Positions 27,694 through 36,884 of a stretch of DNA of 64,000 nucleotides are shown here, in pieces; within the stretch, counting starts at the first letter, position 1, and the number at the start of each line of letters is the position of its first letter. Source of the DNA: Tubulanus polymorphus. Lineage: Eukaryota; Animalia; Nemertea. The stretch lies in contig NC_134033.1 of NCBI RefSeq assembly GCF_964204645.1, positions 6,224,231-6,288,230 on the forward strand. The letters run 5' to 3'. The translations under genes were made by a program, and so were the position numbers. The notes under the pieces are model-generated. The model was not told the DNA's origin. It did no database searches and saw nothing but the letters and a program-made list of their open reading frames with translations.

Positions 27694-28116
27694 ATGGCTT
27701 CTGCAATTATAACTATTATAGGATCGGCAATTGTTAACGCTTTAGCATTTACTGGTGGTGGTTATTTATTTAAACATATTGATAAAAATAGTTCATTAGG
27801 AGAACAAAGAAGACATAATTTAGCGTTAGAGAAATATAATAAAGATGCAGAAGAATATAGAGAAAAGAGACAAAACTATATGGATTACATCAATAAAGAA
27901 TTATATGATCAAAAGATTTCACATAGAGATTTTCAATCAGTTGATGATGCAATGAGTTTATATAACGCGGTAACCAATAAAGAAAAATTACATCTATACA
28001 AACCTAAATTATCAGATTATTATACCCCAAGTAAAGAACAACAGAAATATGAAATAATATGGATTTTAGGTGGAACAGTTATTGTTATATTTGTTGCTTA
28101 TAAGTTTACTAATTAG
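27694..28116 (+). CDS. Polinton membrane protein (N-terminal hydrophobic segment, coiled coil, C-terminal TM)
   Basis: MASAIITIIGSAIVNALAFTGGGYLF..EQRRHNLALEK..IIWILGGTVIVIFVAY. Confidence 0.75.
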   Translation: MASAIITIIGSAIVNALAFTGGGYLFKHIDKNSSLGEQRRHNLALEKYNKDAEEYREKRQNYMDYINKELYDQKISHRDFQSVDDAMSLYNAVTNKEKLHLYKPKLSDYYTPSKEQQKYEIIWILGGTVIVIFVAYKFTN

Positions 28117-28135
28117 TAATTTTTATTCTAAATAA

Positions 28136-28570
28136 ATGGAAGATAAAGTTGATAGTATTGATATTATTCCTCATGATATAAATAAAACTAAATTAAAAAC
28201 ATATTTAGAAAAACAAATATTAGAATTTGAAAGTGACTTAAAGATAAAAAAGAAAAAATATTTAAAAAGTAAAATTATATATTATTTGATTATCAGTGGT
28301 TCGGTTACAATTAGTTCTGTAATAACATTTCTAGCAATATTCAGTCCATTAACACCTTTAGCTATATCAATTGGTGTATTAGGATTAAGTTCAAGTGTTT
28401 TAACCGGTATAAGTTCAAAATTAAATATAAAAAGTAATAAAGAAAAAATTAAAACTAATATAAAAGAAATTAATAAATTAAAGAACACACTAGATTATAT
28501 AATAAGTTTAAATGGTTATATAACAGTTGAAGAACAAGATAAATTATTAAAAGAATTAATAAATTATTAA
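28136..28570 (+). CDS. Polinton two-TM protein
   Basis: 144 aa with a central hydrophobic hairpin IIYYLIISGSV..LTGI flanked by Lys-rich helices. Confidence 0.75.
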   Translation: MEDKVDSIDIIPHDINKTKLKTYLEKQILEFESDLKIKKKKYLKSKIIYYLIISGSVTISSVITFLAIFSPLTPLAISIGVLGLSSSVLTGISSKLNIKSNKEKIKTNIKEINKLKNTLDYIISLNGYITVEEQDKLLKELINY

Positions 28571-28586
28571 TTTTTTAGTTATATAA

Positions 28587-29915
28587 ATGGGGTTTCCAAA
28601 AGCTTTCCAATATAATAAATCAATTAAATATAATATTCCGGCAATAGATTTTAAGAAAAATATTACATATAAAAATATAGTTTTAAATTCATTAACTAAT
28701 TTAGAAATTTATGTTAATGAATCACAGTTTTTTATTTCTAAAATGGAAAATATATTTAATACATATGAAGTTACTTTTACTCGAGATGAATATCATAAAT
28801 ATAAAGTAAAATCTAATATGAAATATTGGCAGAACCAATTAGATTTTGCTGTTTATTGTGCAACAACAGGATGTGGAATTAGTTGGAATGATCATTTGAA
28901 TAACTTAGATAAAAATTTAAAGTATTCTGATTTAAAATTAATTCACACAATATTTAGATTTCACACATATTTTCAAATCAGAATAATATTAAATGAATTA
29001 GAATGTCCTTTACCCGGGTCTAAATATTTCAAAGAATTGGATAATAATATTAATATATCCAAGTTTTATAAAATATGTAATGAATTTAATATAAATATTA
29101 ATTCCGATTTTAGAGCGCATGGTAAATTGCAAGGTGTTGGTGAAGAGTTTGAAATAAAAAGAATTGATTATATGCATAGAATTTCAGCTTATCATAATTA
29201 TAAAATTGATAATAATAATGGTTGGGTTTATTTTATTTTAGAAAATAGTGAAGGTTTTACAAAATCAGGTATACAAAGAATAAATCAATCTATTAGAATT
29301 TATTTGATATGTATTTTAGGCGCTCAAGTTGAAACAAGATCCCCAATAATTGGAAATGATAACACTTCATTCGATGCACAGAAACAGTTTAAAGTTTTAT
29401 TTGAAGATTCCATACATGATGATGAAAATAGATCGATTCCAGAAAACATTATAAGATATCAAAATTATTTAGATAAATCTCATGTAAGACTTAATTATTG
29501 TATAGGCCCTAATCTATTAATTATTTCTAATGATTTAGTATTAAAGATGGGAAATATAATTGGTTATAATAATCTAATTAAAACTGCAACAATAAATAAT
29601 TCATTTGGGTTAAATGATATAAATAAAAAGATAATTACTGCTCCAAAATTAATGGAAGGTGAAAAAAATAAAAAACATATTCAATCAACTGAAACTAAAA
29701 CTAAGAATATTAAATTAAATAATGATTCTAAAATAAAAGATTATAATACATCAGAAAATATTAGAACTGATAATGGTGCCATATGGCACCCACACGGTGA
29801 TATTCAACATGATGTAATTAAACTAAATGATGATAATAAATTCCATGAAAATACTAAATTAGCTATAACTTGTATAGGAATTGTTATAGGAGGAATATTA
29901 TATTTTAAATTTTAA
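28587..29915 (+). CDS. Hypothetical Polinton protein with C-terminal membrane anchor
   Basis: 442-aa intact ORF; YWQNQLDFAVYCATTGCGISW; C-terminal LAITCIGIVIGGILYF. Confidence 0.8.
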   Translation: MGFPKAFQYNKSIKYNIPAIDFKKNITYKNIVLNSLTNLEIYVNESQFFISKMENIFNTYEVTFTRDEYHKYKVKSNMKYWQNQLDFAVYCATTGCGISWNDHLNNLDKNLKYSDLKLIHTIFRFHTYFQIRIILNELECPLPGSKYFKELDNNINISKFYKICNEFNININSDFRAHGKLQGVGEEFEIKRIDYMHRISAYHNYKIDNNNGWVYFILENSEGFTKSGIQRINQSIRIYLICILGAQVETRSPIIGNDNTSFDAQKQFKVLFEDSIHDDENRSIPENIIRYQNYLDKSHVRLNYCIGPNLLIISNDLVLKMGNIIGYNNLIKTATINNSFGLNDINKKIITAPKLMEGEKNKKHIQSTETKTKNIKLNNDSKIKDYNTSENIRTDNGAIWHPHGDIQHDVIKLNDDNKFHENTKLAITCIGIVIGGILYFKF

Positions 29916-29931
29916 TTTTTTTATTATATAA

Positions 29932-31362
29932 ATGGATGTAGAAGGTGGAGAAGATATTGGAATGGATAATTTTGATGAACCTGGTATAACTGATGAACAA
30001 CCACCTGATTTTGATGAAACAAGTTTTAATGATGGTAATGAACCAGAATATAACAATAATTTAAATATGCCTGATTATATTAAAAATGCTGAATCACAAT
30101 TAAATCCTGAAAATTTAGACCCAGATTTAGTAAAACAAGATTTAGATAATTTAAACAAAATACCTAAATTAGAAGATTTAATTGAAAAATCTAATTTTAA
30201 CATAAATGATGAAGACGTTGGACTTTTAGCAGATCAATTAAAATTTTTAGATAATGGTAAATGTTATTATCGTTTGAAAGGTGATTATTATATTGATATC
30301 ACTTATAAAAATAATAAAAATAAAATATTATCAGAATCAACTTTAGAAAAATTAAAACCAGATAGAATTAAAATAATAAGTAATAGTAATGAAATAACTG
30401 ATGTTACACAAAAAGAAATAGATGATAATATAGATGTATTTAAACAAAGAATTAATGAATTATTTGAAATAATCAAAAAGAAATCAGAAACAGAAACAAC
30501 TTCTGAACAGAATATAACTTCCAAAAATAGTAAACATAGATCAAATAAAGTTCCAATTGAAAAACTTTTACCGAATGGATTACTTGATGCAACAGATCAA
30601 GAATTAGAAGATTTAGATATATTTTCTGATAAAGCAATTAGAGAAATTATTAGTATAAGACTTGCATCTGATAAAATTGAACATAATAAAAGTATAAGAG
30701 ATTTTAAAATTAGAACTTTAGAAAAAGAATTAACTGATAAAAATAAAGAAATAGAACAATTAAAGTCTGATTTATATCATCAAGTAATTGATGAAATAGA
30801 ATATAGGCAAAAAGAATTACGTTTAGAAAAAGAAATTAGTAATTTAAAAGATAATTTAGAAGTACAGAAAGAAGAAATTAAATTATTGTTAAAATCATAT
30901 GATTATAATATTAATAGATTAAAAGTTATTTTTAAAGATTTGTTGATTAAACCAAATTCTGAAATATCATTAAAAGACAGGATAAAGTTATTATTTAAAT
31001 TAGAAGGAATAACAATTCTTTCAATTCTAACAGCTGTTACTATGTTATTTACAACAATAGGTTTAGCTATATCAAATGCTTTAAAATCTACTCCTACTCC
31101 CAATAAACCAGATAAACCTCCAGGAAATAATTCTATACAAGATAAAGTTAAAGATGGTTTAAAGAAATTAGCAAAATATTTATGGGAACTATCTAAAAAA
31201 TCTGCTGCAGCATTACCAGGAGTTATTGCTTCAATTGTTGGTTTTGTTTTAAAATCTGCAGGTAATATTCTTAACTTTGCTGCTGAACATATTATTTTAT
31301 TTTTAATCACAGTTGTAAGTGCTATTATTTTTGGGTTAGTAAATATGATTAAAAATAAATAA
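29932..31362 (+). CDS. Coiled-coil protein with C-terminal TM segments
   Basis: 476 aa; acidic N-terminus, long heptad region, hydrophobic ITILSILTAVTMLFTTIGLAI and IILFLITVVSAIIFGLV. Confidence 0.8.
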   Translation: MDVEGGEDIGMDNFDEPGITDEQPPDFDETSFNDGNEPEYNNNLNMPDYIKNAESQLNPENLDPDLVKQDLDNLNKIPKLEDLIEKSNFNINDEDVGLLADQLKFLDNGKCYYRLKGDYYIDITYKNNKNKILSESTLEKLKPDRIKIISNSNEITDVTQKEIDDNIDVFKQRINELFEIIKKKSETETTSEQNITSKNSKHRSNKVPIEKLLPNGLLDATDQELEDLDIFSDKAIREIISIRLASDKIEHNKSIRDFKIRTLEKELTDKNKEIEQLKSDLYHQVIDEIEYRQKELRLEKEISNLKDNLEVQKEEIKLLLKSYDYNINRLKVIFKDLLIKPNSEISLKDRIKLLFKLEGITILSILTAVTMLFTTIGLAISNALKSTPTPNKPDKPPGNNSIQDKVKDGLKKLAKYLWELSKKSAAALPGVIASIVGFVLKSAGNILNFAAEHIILFLITVVSAIIFGLVNMIKNK

Positions 31363-31382
31363 TTAATTTTTTTGTTAAATAA

Positions 31383-32630
31383 ATGAGTGGGAGTTATATA
31401 AGTCCTTCTAAGATTTCTAGAATATCTAATGCTATTAAAGCAGAAAGATCACATCATATAATTACTCATAACCCTTCAAATATTAATCCCGATGAAACTT
31501 TATACGTTAGAATCCCTCGATTAACACAAAATACTTTTTATGTTCCAAACAGTATTTATTTATCAGCTGATATAAAAGTAATCGGTAATAATAATAATTA
31601 TGTCGTTGATAATGTTGGAAGATATTTGATTAAAAAGTTAACAATAAAGATTGGTCCAGAAACAGTTTTCTCATTAGATGATTATAATTTATTTATGCAC
31701 TATAAAGATTTATGGTTAACTAAAGAAAATAGAAATAATATGATATTTCAAGGCATCCAATCAGAAAACCAAAATAAATTAAGATCAGAAGCTAATAGCG
31801 CAATATTAACAAATGATGTAGATAAATTGATAAAAAGTATATATGGAAGCAAATATAAAATTCCATTAGACTTTGAATTGATAAATAATAATGCACCTTT
31901 ATATAAATACGCAATTCAAGAAGATATTATATTTGAGATAACATTTGCTCCTGTAAATGAAATTGTATTATCTAGTGTTGTTAAAGATATGAGTTATAAA
32001 TTATCGAATATATGTTTAGAATATGATACAGTAACTGATGAAAATATTGCTAGAACAATTCAAACTCAATACAATCAAGGATTTTCATTATTATATGATT
32101 ATATTGATAAATTTAAAACTGTAACTATTAATGCAAATGATGAAATAATTAATGAGAATATTAACTTCCCTAGAAGATCTATTAAAGGTATATTAATATT
32201 TTTTACCATTGGAACGTATACTAATGGCGCAATAAATGTTGACAATTATTATAATCCTGAAATAACAAAAGTAGAAATAACTATCGAAGGAATAGCGAAT
32301 AAAATATTTTGCCAAGGAATGAGAATGATTGATCAATGGCCAGAAATTAGAAAACATTTTATGAATGAAAAAGTAAAATCATTTGAAAATTGTAATATTA
32401 ATCAAATTGATTATTATACCGGTAATAAATATGCATTATGGTTAGATTTTAGAACAACAGAAGATAATTCATTACATGGTTCTGGAAAAAACCTACAGAA
32501 CACTAAAGATGGAATACAATTATTCATGAAAAAGAATAAAGGAATCAAAAATTTTAAAATGCACATTTATATTATATCTGACGCGCAATTAAATATTGTA
32601 AATTCACAATTAGATAGTATTCAATATTAG
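31383..32630 (+). CDS. Major capsid protein (double jelly-roll), putative
   Basis: 415-aa beta-rich ORF (HNPSNINPDETLYVRIP..YKIPLDF..NICLEYD..KYALWLDFR); size and position next to the integrase fit a Polinton MCP. Confidence 0.75.
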   Translation: MSGSYISPSKISRISNAIKAERSHHIITHNPSNINPDETLYVRIPRLTQNTFYVPNSIYLSADIKVIGNNNNYVVDNVGRYLIKKLTIKIGPETVFSLDDYNLFMHYKDLWLTKENRNNMIFQGIQSENQNKLRSEANSAILTNDVDKLIKSIYGSKYKIPLDFELINNNAPLYKYAIQEDIIFEITFAPVNEIVLSSVVKDMSYKLSNICLEYDTVTDENIARTIQTQYNQGFSLLYDYIDKFKTVTINANDEIINENINFPRRSIKGILIFFTIGTYTNGAINVDNYYNPEITKVEITIEGIANKIFCQGMRMIDQWPEIRKHFMNEKVKSFENCNINQIDYYTGNKYALWLDFRTTEDNSLHGSGKNLQNTKDGIQLFMKKNKGIKNFKMHIYIISDAQLNIVNSQLDSIQY

Positions 32631-32660
32631 AAATATAAAGTTAAAATTAAGGATATATAA

Positions 32661-33788
32661 ATGAGTGGTAAAAAAACTCCTAATACTAAAGAACAATATT
32701 TAAGAAATTTATATTACAACCCTGAGAGTTCGGTTGCTTATTCTTCTACTAAAAATATATGGCGTAAAGTAAAACAAGATAAATTAGATAAGATAATCCC
32801 ACAAAATTTAGTTAAATATAAAGATATAAATGAATTTATGTTAGAACAACCAACGTATACAACACATAAAAAAATTGTTAGAAAATATAAAACTCGTAAA
32901 ACTATGGTAAGTTATGTAGATCAACAGTGGCAAGGAGATTTAATTGATATGAAAAATGTTAAGAAAGATAATGATGATTATTGGTGGTTATTGAATATAA
33001 TTGATATTTTTAGTCGTTATGTATGGAGCTTCCCACTTTATAGAAAAGATGCTGCACAAACATCACATGTTTTAAGAAAATTTCTTTCAGGTGGTAAACT
33101 AAAACCAGAAAAAATTCAATTTGATGATGGAAAAGAATTTGATAATTCATTAGTTCATGGACTTTTAGATTTTCATAATATTAAATATTTTTCAACAAAA
33201 TCGGATAAAAAAGCAGCAGTTGTTGAACGATTTAATAGAACATTAAGAACAAGAATGTGGAAATATTTTACAGCAAATAATACTTTTAAATGGATTGATG
33301 TTTTACCAAAATTGATAGAAGGATATAATAATTCCTATCATTCTTCTATTGGAATGAGACCTATTGATGCTAGAAAATCTGAAAATGCTGAAATTGTTTG
33401 GAATAATTTATATGGAGCATTTCTTGTTGATGATTTTGGTGAACCTAAATTTAAAGTTGGTCAAAATGTTAGAATTTCTAAGTATAAAAAGATATTTGAT
33501 AAAGGATACGATCGAAATTTTACTAGAGAAATATATAAAATAAAAAAGGTAATAACAACAAAACCATATGTCTATAAATTAGAAGATTTAGATGGTGAAG
33601 AAGTTGATGGATATTTTTACGAAGAAGAATTAAGTTTAACTACTGAAAATCTAGAACAAGAATATAAAATTGAAAAAGTATTAAAAACAAAAACTATTAA
33701 AAGAAAAAAATATTCTTTAGTAAAATGGGTTGGATGGCCAGATAAATTTAATGAATGGATATTATCAAGTAAAATTAAAAATATATAA
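32661..33788 (+). CDS. Retroviral-type (rve) DDE integrase with C-terminal chromodomain
   Basis: QWQGDLIDM, IDIFSRY, IQFDDGKEF, VVERFNRTL, YNNSYHSSIGMRP; chromodomain YKIEKVL..LVKWVGWPDKFNEWI; ORF intact. Confidence 0.95.
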   Translation: MSGKKTPNTKEQYLRNLYYNPESSVAYSSTKNIWRKVKQDKLDKIIPQNLVKYKDINEFMLEQPTYTTHKKIVRKYKTRKTMVSYVDQQWQGDLIDMKNVKKDNDDYWWLLNIIDIFSRYVWSFPLYRKDAAQTSHVLRKFLSGGKLKPEKIQFDDGKEFDNSLVHGLLDFHNIKYFSTKSDKKAAVVERFNRTLRTRMWKYFTANNTFKWIDVLPKLIEGYNNSYHSSIGMRPIDARKSENAEIVWNNLYGAFLVDDFGEPKFKVGQNVRISKYKKIFDKGYDRNFTREIYKIKKVITTKPYVYKLEDLDGEEVDGYFYEEELSLTTENLEQEYKIEKVLKTKTIKRKKYSLVKWVGWPDKFNEWILSSKIKNI

Positions 33789-34037
33789 ATGAATAAGGAA
33801 TTATTCATATTTGAGCCTCATAATATGTTAATTTCTGGTGTAACAAATTGTGGAAAAACTTATTTTATATTACATTTATTAGAAACTGTTTATGAAAACT
33901 ATTTTGATAAGATAGTATTATTTTGTCCAACATATGAATTTAATCAAACTTATGATAAAAATATTACTAGGAATAATAAATTTATTATATTAGATCCTAA
34001 AACAGTAAAAGAACAAAAGATCAAAATTACTATTTAG
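33789..34037 (+). pseudogene. A32/FtsK-like packaging ATPase, truncated after Walker A
   Basis: MLISGVTNCGKT Walker A and IVLFCPT; the ORF ends at 82 aa with no Walker B. Confidence 0.8.
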
Positions 34038-34074
34038 ATTACAACACCCATTTAAATATGAATTTATTTAAATT

Positions 34075-34325
34075 CAATTAGTTTGTTAATCTAGTTGAAT
34101 TCTAGTTATTGGTAGTTGTAACAAAAATCAAATAGATTTAACAATATTTTAACTAGCTTGTTAATCTAGTTACATTCTAGTTACATTCTAGTTGAATTCT
34201 AGTTGTTAATAGTTGAAACAAAAAATCAACTAAATTTAACAAGAAATAAACAAAAACAACAATATTTCAACTAGCTTGTTAATCTAGTTGAATTCTAGTT
34301 ACATTCTAGTTAAATTCTAGTTGCA
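34075..34325. repeat. Tandem 10-bp (AATTCTAGTT/CATTCTAGTT) array in ~3 higher-order blocks
   Basis: Repeated TCTAGTTGAAT/TCTAGTTACAT units, preceded by (AACTAGC)TTGTTAATCTAG. Confidence 0.75.
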
Positions 34326-34356
34326 ACATCACACAATTAATTTTTTTGTTATATAA

Positions 34357-34947
34357 ATGGTAGGTGAAAAGAAAATAAAATCTAAAAATGGTGATGTTCC
34401 AATTGAAAAAACTTTAGATAATTTAGGAATAACAGAAACAAAATTAACTCCAGATGATGGTGCTTTAAATAATGTTACAACAAATAATAATTATGAATAT
34501 TATCTTTATTGTAAACATCAATTAGAAATATTAATAGCATCTGGAAAATGTAAAAATTTTGTCAGTAAAAATTTAACTTATAATGAATTAGACACAATGA
34601 AATCAGATGAAATTATTAGATTATTTAAGATTTATGAAGCCGCGAGAACAGCTAGAATTAATGATGCGATATCAGAAAATGTAGTAAAAGGTTATAGTAA
34701 ATTATGTAATTATATACTACCAATTGAAGATGAAAATAGATTATATTCCGATTTAAAAATGATTATTTAGTTATGACTGAATTAAATAAATGGATTGGAT
34801 ATTTATCATTTCAATTAGGTGGATTTATGACATTATTATCAACTGGAGTTATAACATTTTCAAATATTGAAAGTAAAAATATTTCTATAATAAATGAACA
34901 AGGTGGAAGAAGTGAAGAAAAAACCGAGAACTCAGAAACAAATTGAA
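34357..34947 (+). pseudogene. Polinton protein with C-terminal hydrophobic segment; 1-nt frameshift near 34755
   Basis: Restoring one A in TTAAAAATG extends the 137-aa ORF through ..WIGYLSFQLGGFMTLLSTGVITFSNIE.. Confidence 0.65.
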
Positions 34948-35276
34948 TGGTCTCGGCAATTAGGAATTAAATCACAAGAATATAAAAAGCTGTAAAAGAA
35001 AAAATGAGTAATAAAAATGTTAATAAAAATGGTGAAAATATTGTTATTTCTACTCCTTCTGATAGTAGAATATTTGATAAATATTTATATTTTACAGTTG
35101 GATTTGTAATTGTATTCATTTTGATTGGGTGTAATTGGTATAAGAAATCAAATAAAATTCATGATATTAGTAATTCTGAACCAACTGCTATCAAAAATGA
35201 AAGTACTTCTGAAATTCCAAAATTGACAATAAAAAAATGGATTAATATTTTAGAAAAAAAGCAAAAAAATAATTGA
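34894..35276 (+). pseudogene. Homolog of the 20484-20849 membrane protein, with homopolymer frameshifts
   Basis: TAAATG start MNKVEEVKKKPRTQKQIEWSRQLG; A-run shifts at ~34985 and ~35235 relative to the outer copy. Confidence 0.75.
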
Positions 35277-35281
35277 ATATC

Positions 35282-35977
35282 TCACTGCGGAGCAATTAAA
35301 TTGTCTAGATAAGTCATTTCGGATTCCTCAACGTATCGTTCATTATTTGGATTATTGTTCCATTGATCAATAAATTTCTTTGCTTTTGTTAACTGTTCTG
35401 AATATAACTGTAAATTTAGTTTATTAGATTTGGTTTGATTTTCTTTCTTTTCTAAAGGTCTTAAATTTTTCCAACCCCAAATAAGTTTTTTATCGTATTC
35501 ATCATTCATGTTAAATTTAGATATTGGTAACACGTGATCAATATGATAATAATCCCCATAATTATCTATATTCATTTTATCATCGAATTGAAATATAATC
35601 CATGATTTGAGAAATTCATCTGAACAACCCAATAAATTAGATAGTGTTTCTGAATGCGTTTCTTTGTTGAATAATTGTGTTAATCTAGACCTTAAGCATT
35701 GTTTCAATCTAAAATTAAGATCTGTTTGATATCTTTCTCTCATATATTTTGTCATATAATAATTATAATGTTTTATATTATCTTCTCGATATTGTTTGGT
35801 GTATAGTTTAGCACAAGTTTTACAACAATTTTGAAAACCATCTTTGCTAATCTTACGCTTACTAAATTCTGTTATAGCTAATTTATCTAATTCACATTTA
35901 GAACACTTCTTGTAGTATATGTTTATAACGCCAGTGTTATTTGTAATATTGATAATTTGTGGTTGTTCTGGTTCCAT
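35282..35977 (-). CDS. HNH endonuclease (NCLDV-type, N-terminal Cys cluster)
   Basis: KKCSKC..F..KDGFQNCCKTC; LLGCS..M..DNYG..HIDHVLP..W.NLRPL..EN.TKSNK. Confidence 0.85.
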   Translation of the reverse strand: MEPEQPQIINITNNTGVINIYYKKCSKCELDKLAITEFSKRKISKDGFQNCCKTCAKLYTKQYREDNIKHYNYYMTKYMRERYQTDLNFRLKQCLRSRLTQLFNKETHSETLSNLLGCSDEFLKSWIIFQFDDKMNIDNYGDYYHIDHVLPISKFNMNDEYDKKLIWGWKNLRPLEKKENQTKSNKLNLQLYSEQLTKAKKFIDQWNNNPNNERYVEESEMTYLDNLIAPQ

Positions 35978-36135
35978 TTAGTAGGAAAAAAAATTACTTG
36001 TGGTGATGAGTATGAAAAAAAATAATTGAATATCTCACTACTTTTGTCTATCTATGTGGAGCAATTAAATTGTCCAGATAAGTCATTTCGGATTCTAGAT
36101 ATTCATTATTTTTATTAATTTATTTTTTTTAAAAT

Positions 36136-36462
36136 TTAATCAACAATTTCTAAATCATGATGGCCATCTTCATTTTTTCCATGATAGATTATTTTAAATC
36201 CTTCTAAATCTTTTAATTCCTCTGTACTCAATGAAACCCATTTATCAGGTAAAAATACTTTAAATTCTCGTGATGTACTAACATTACAGTAACTTAAATT
36301 CGCTGATACTTTCTCTCCATATTTAGTTTTTATCTTTTCTAATTTCAATATTTTATGTTCAATTTCTTTTGTAACATCAACTAACTTTTTTATTTCAAAT
36401 TGTTTTTTTGCTGGTTTTATTCTGTTATTTATTGTTGCTAAGAATGCTTTTCTATCTCCCAT
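36136..36462 (-). CDS. Small basic protein, possibly OB-fold ssDNA-binding (function inferred)
   Basis: 108 aa; KIKTKYGEKV..FKVFLPDKW..IIYHGK; conserved in the outer copy. Confidence 0.65.
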   Translation of the reverse strand: MGDRKAFLATINNRIKPAKKQFEIKKLVDVTKEIEHKILKLEKIKTKYGEKVSANLSYCNVSTSREFKVFLPDKWVSLSTEELKDLEGFKIIYHGKNEDGHHDLEIVD

Positions 36463-36699
36463 TTATAAGGAAAACAAATTACTTGTGGTGATGAGTGGGG
36501 ATTACTTCCCCTATATAACAAGCACGCTATTAACCGTTCTCACCCAAGCCTCACAGCATCTATTTATCTGGGTACAGTTGACACGCAATCACTGTACTAC
36601 AGTAATAGCACACACATTAATAACCGTTCTCAGTAGAGACTCACTGTATCGATCTATCCACACGCAGCTGTTGTTACGCGCACTCACTGTTTATGTGTG

Positions 36700-36877
36700 T
36701 CACAATTTTACTACGTAATATTTCTAAAATTTCAATTGTATCTTTTATTTCTAGTGAATCAATATAATTTCTAACATTTTCCATGTAAGGTTTATCGATG
36801 TATTTTTTACAATATGGGCAATAATATTGATTTTTATTGACATCACTTTTTTCTGTTTGGAACTCACTGTCTCCCAT
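36700..36877 (-). pseudogene. Diverged, internally deleted copy of the pPolB 5' end, extending the right TIR
   Basis: MGDSEFQTEKSDVNKNQYYCPYCKKYID fused to KPYMENVRNYIDSLEIKDT, matching 20960-21040 plus 21333-21420. Confidence 0.85.
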
Positions 36878-36884
36878 TTATTAG

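Noticed and set aside
28282-33808. Antisense ORFs inside the Polinton genes (28282, 30303, 30903, 33617)
   Set aside because: They are shadows of AT-rich sense ORFs and lack the TAAATG start context.
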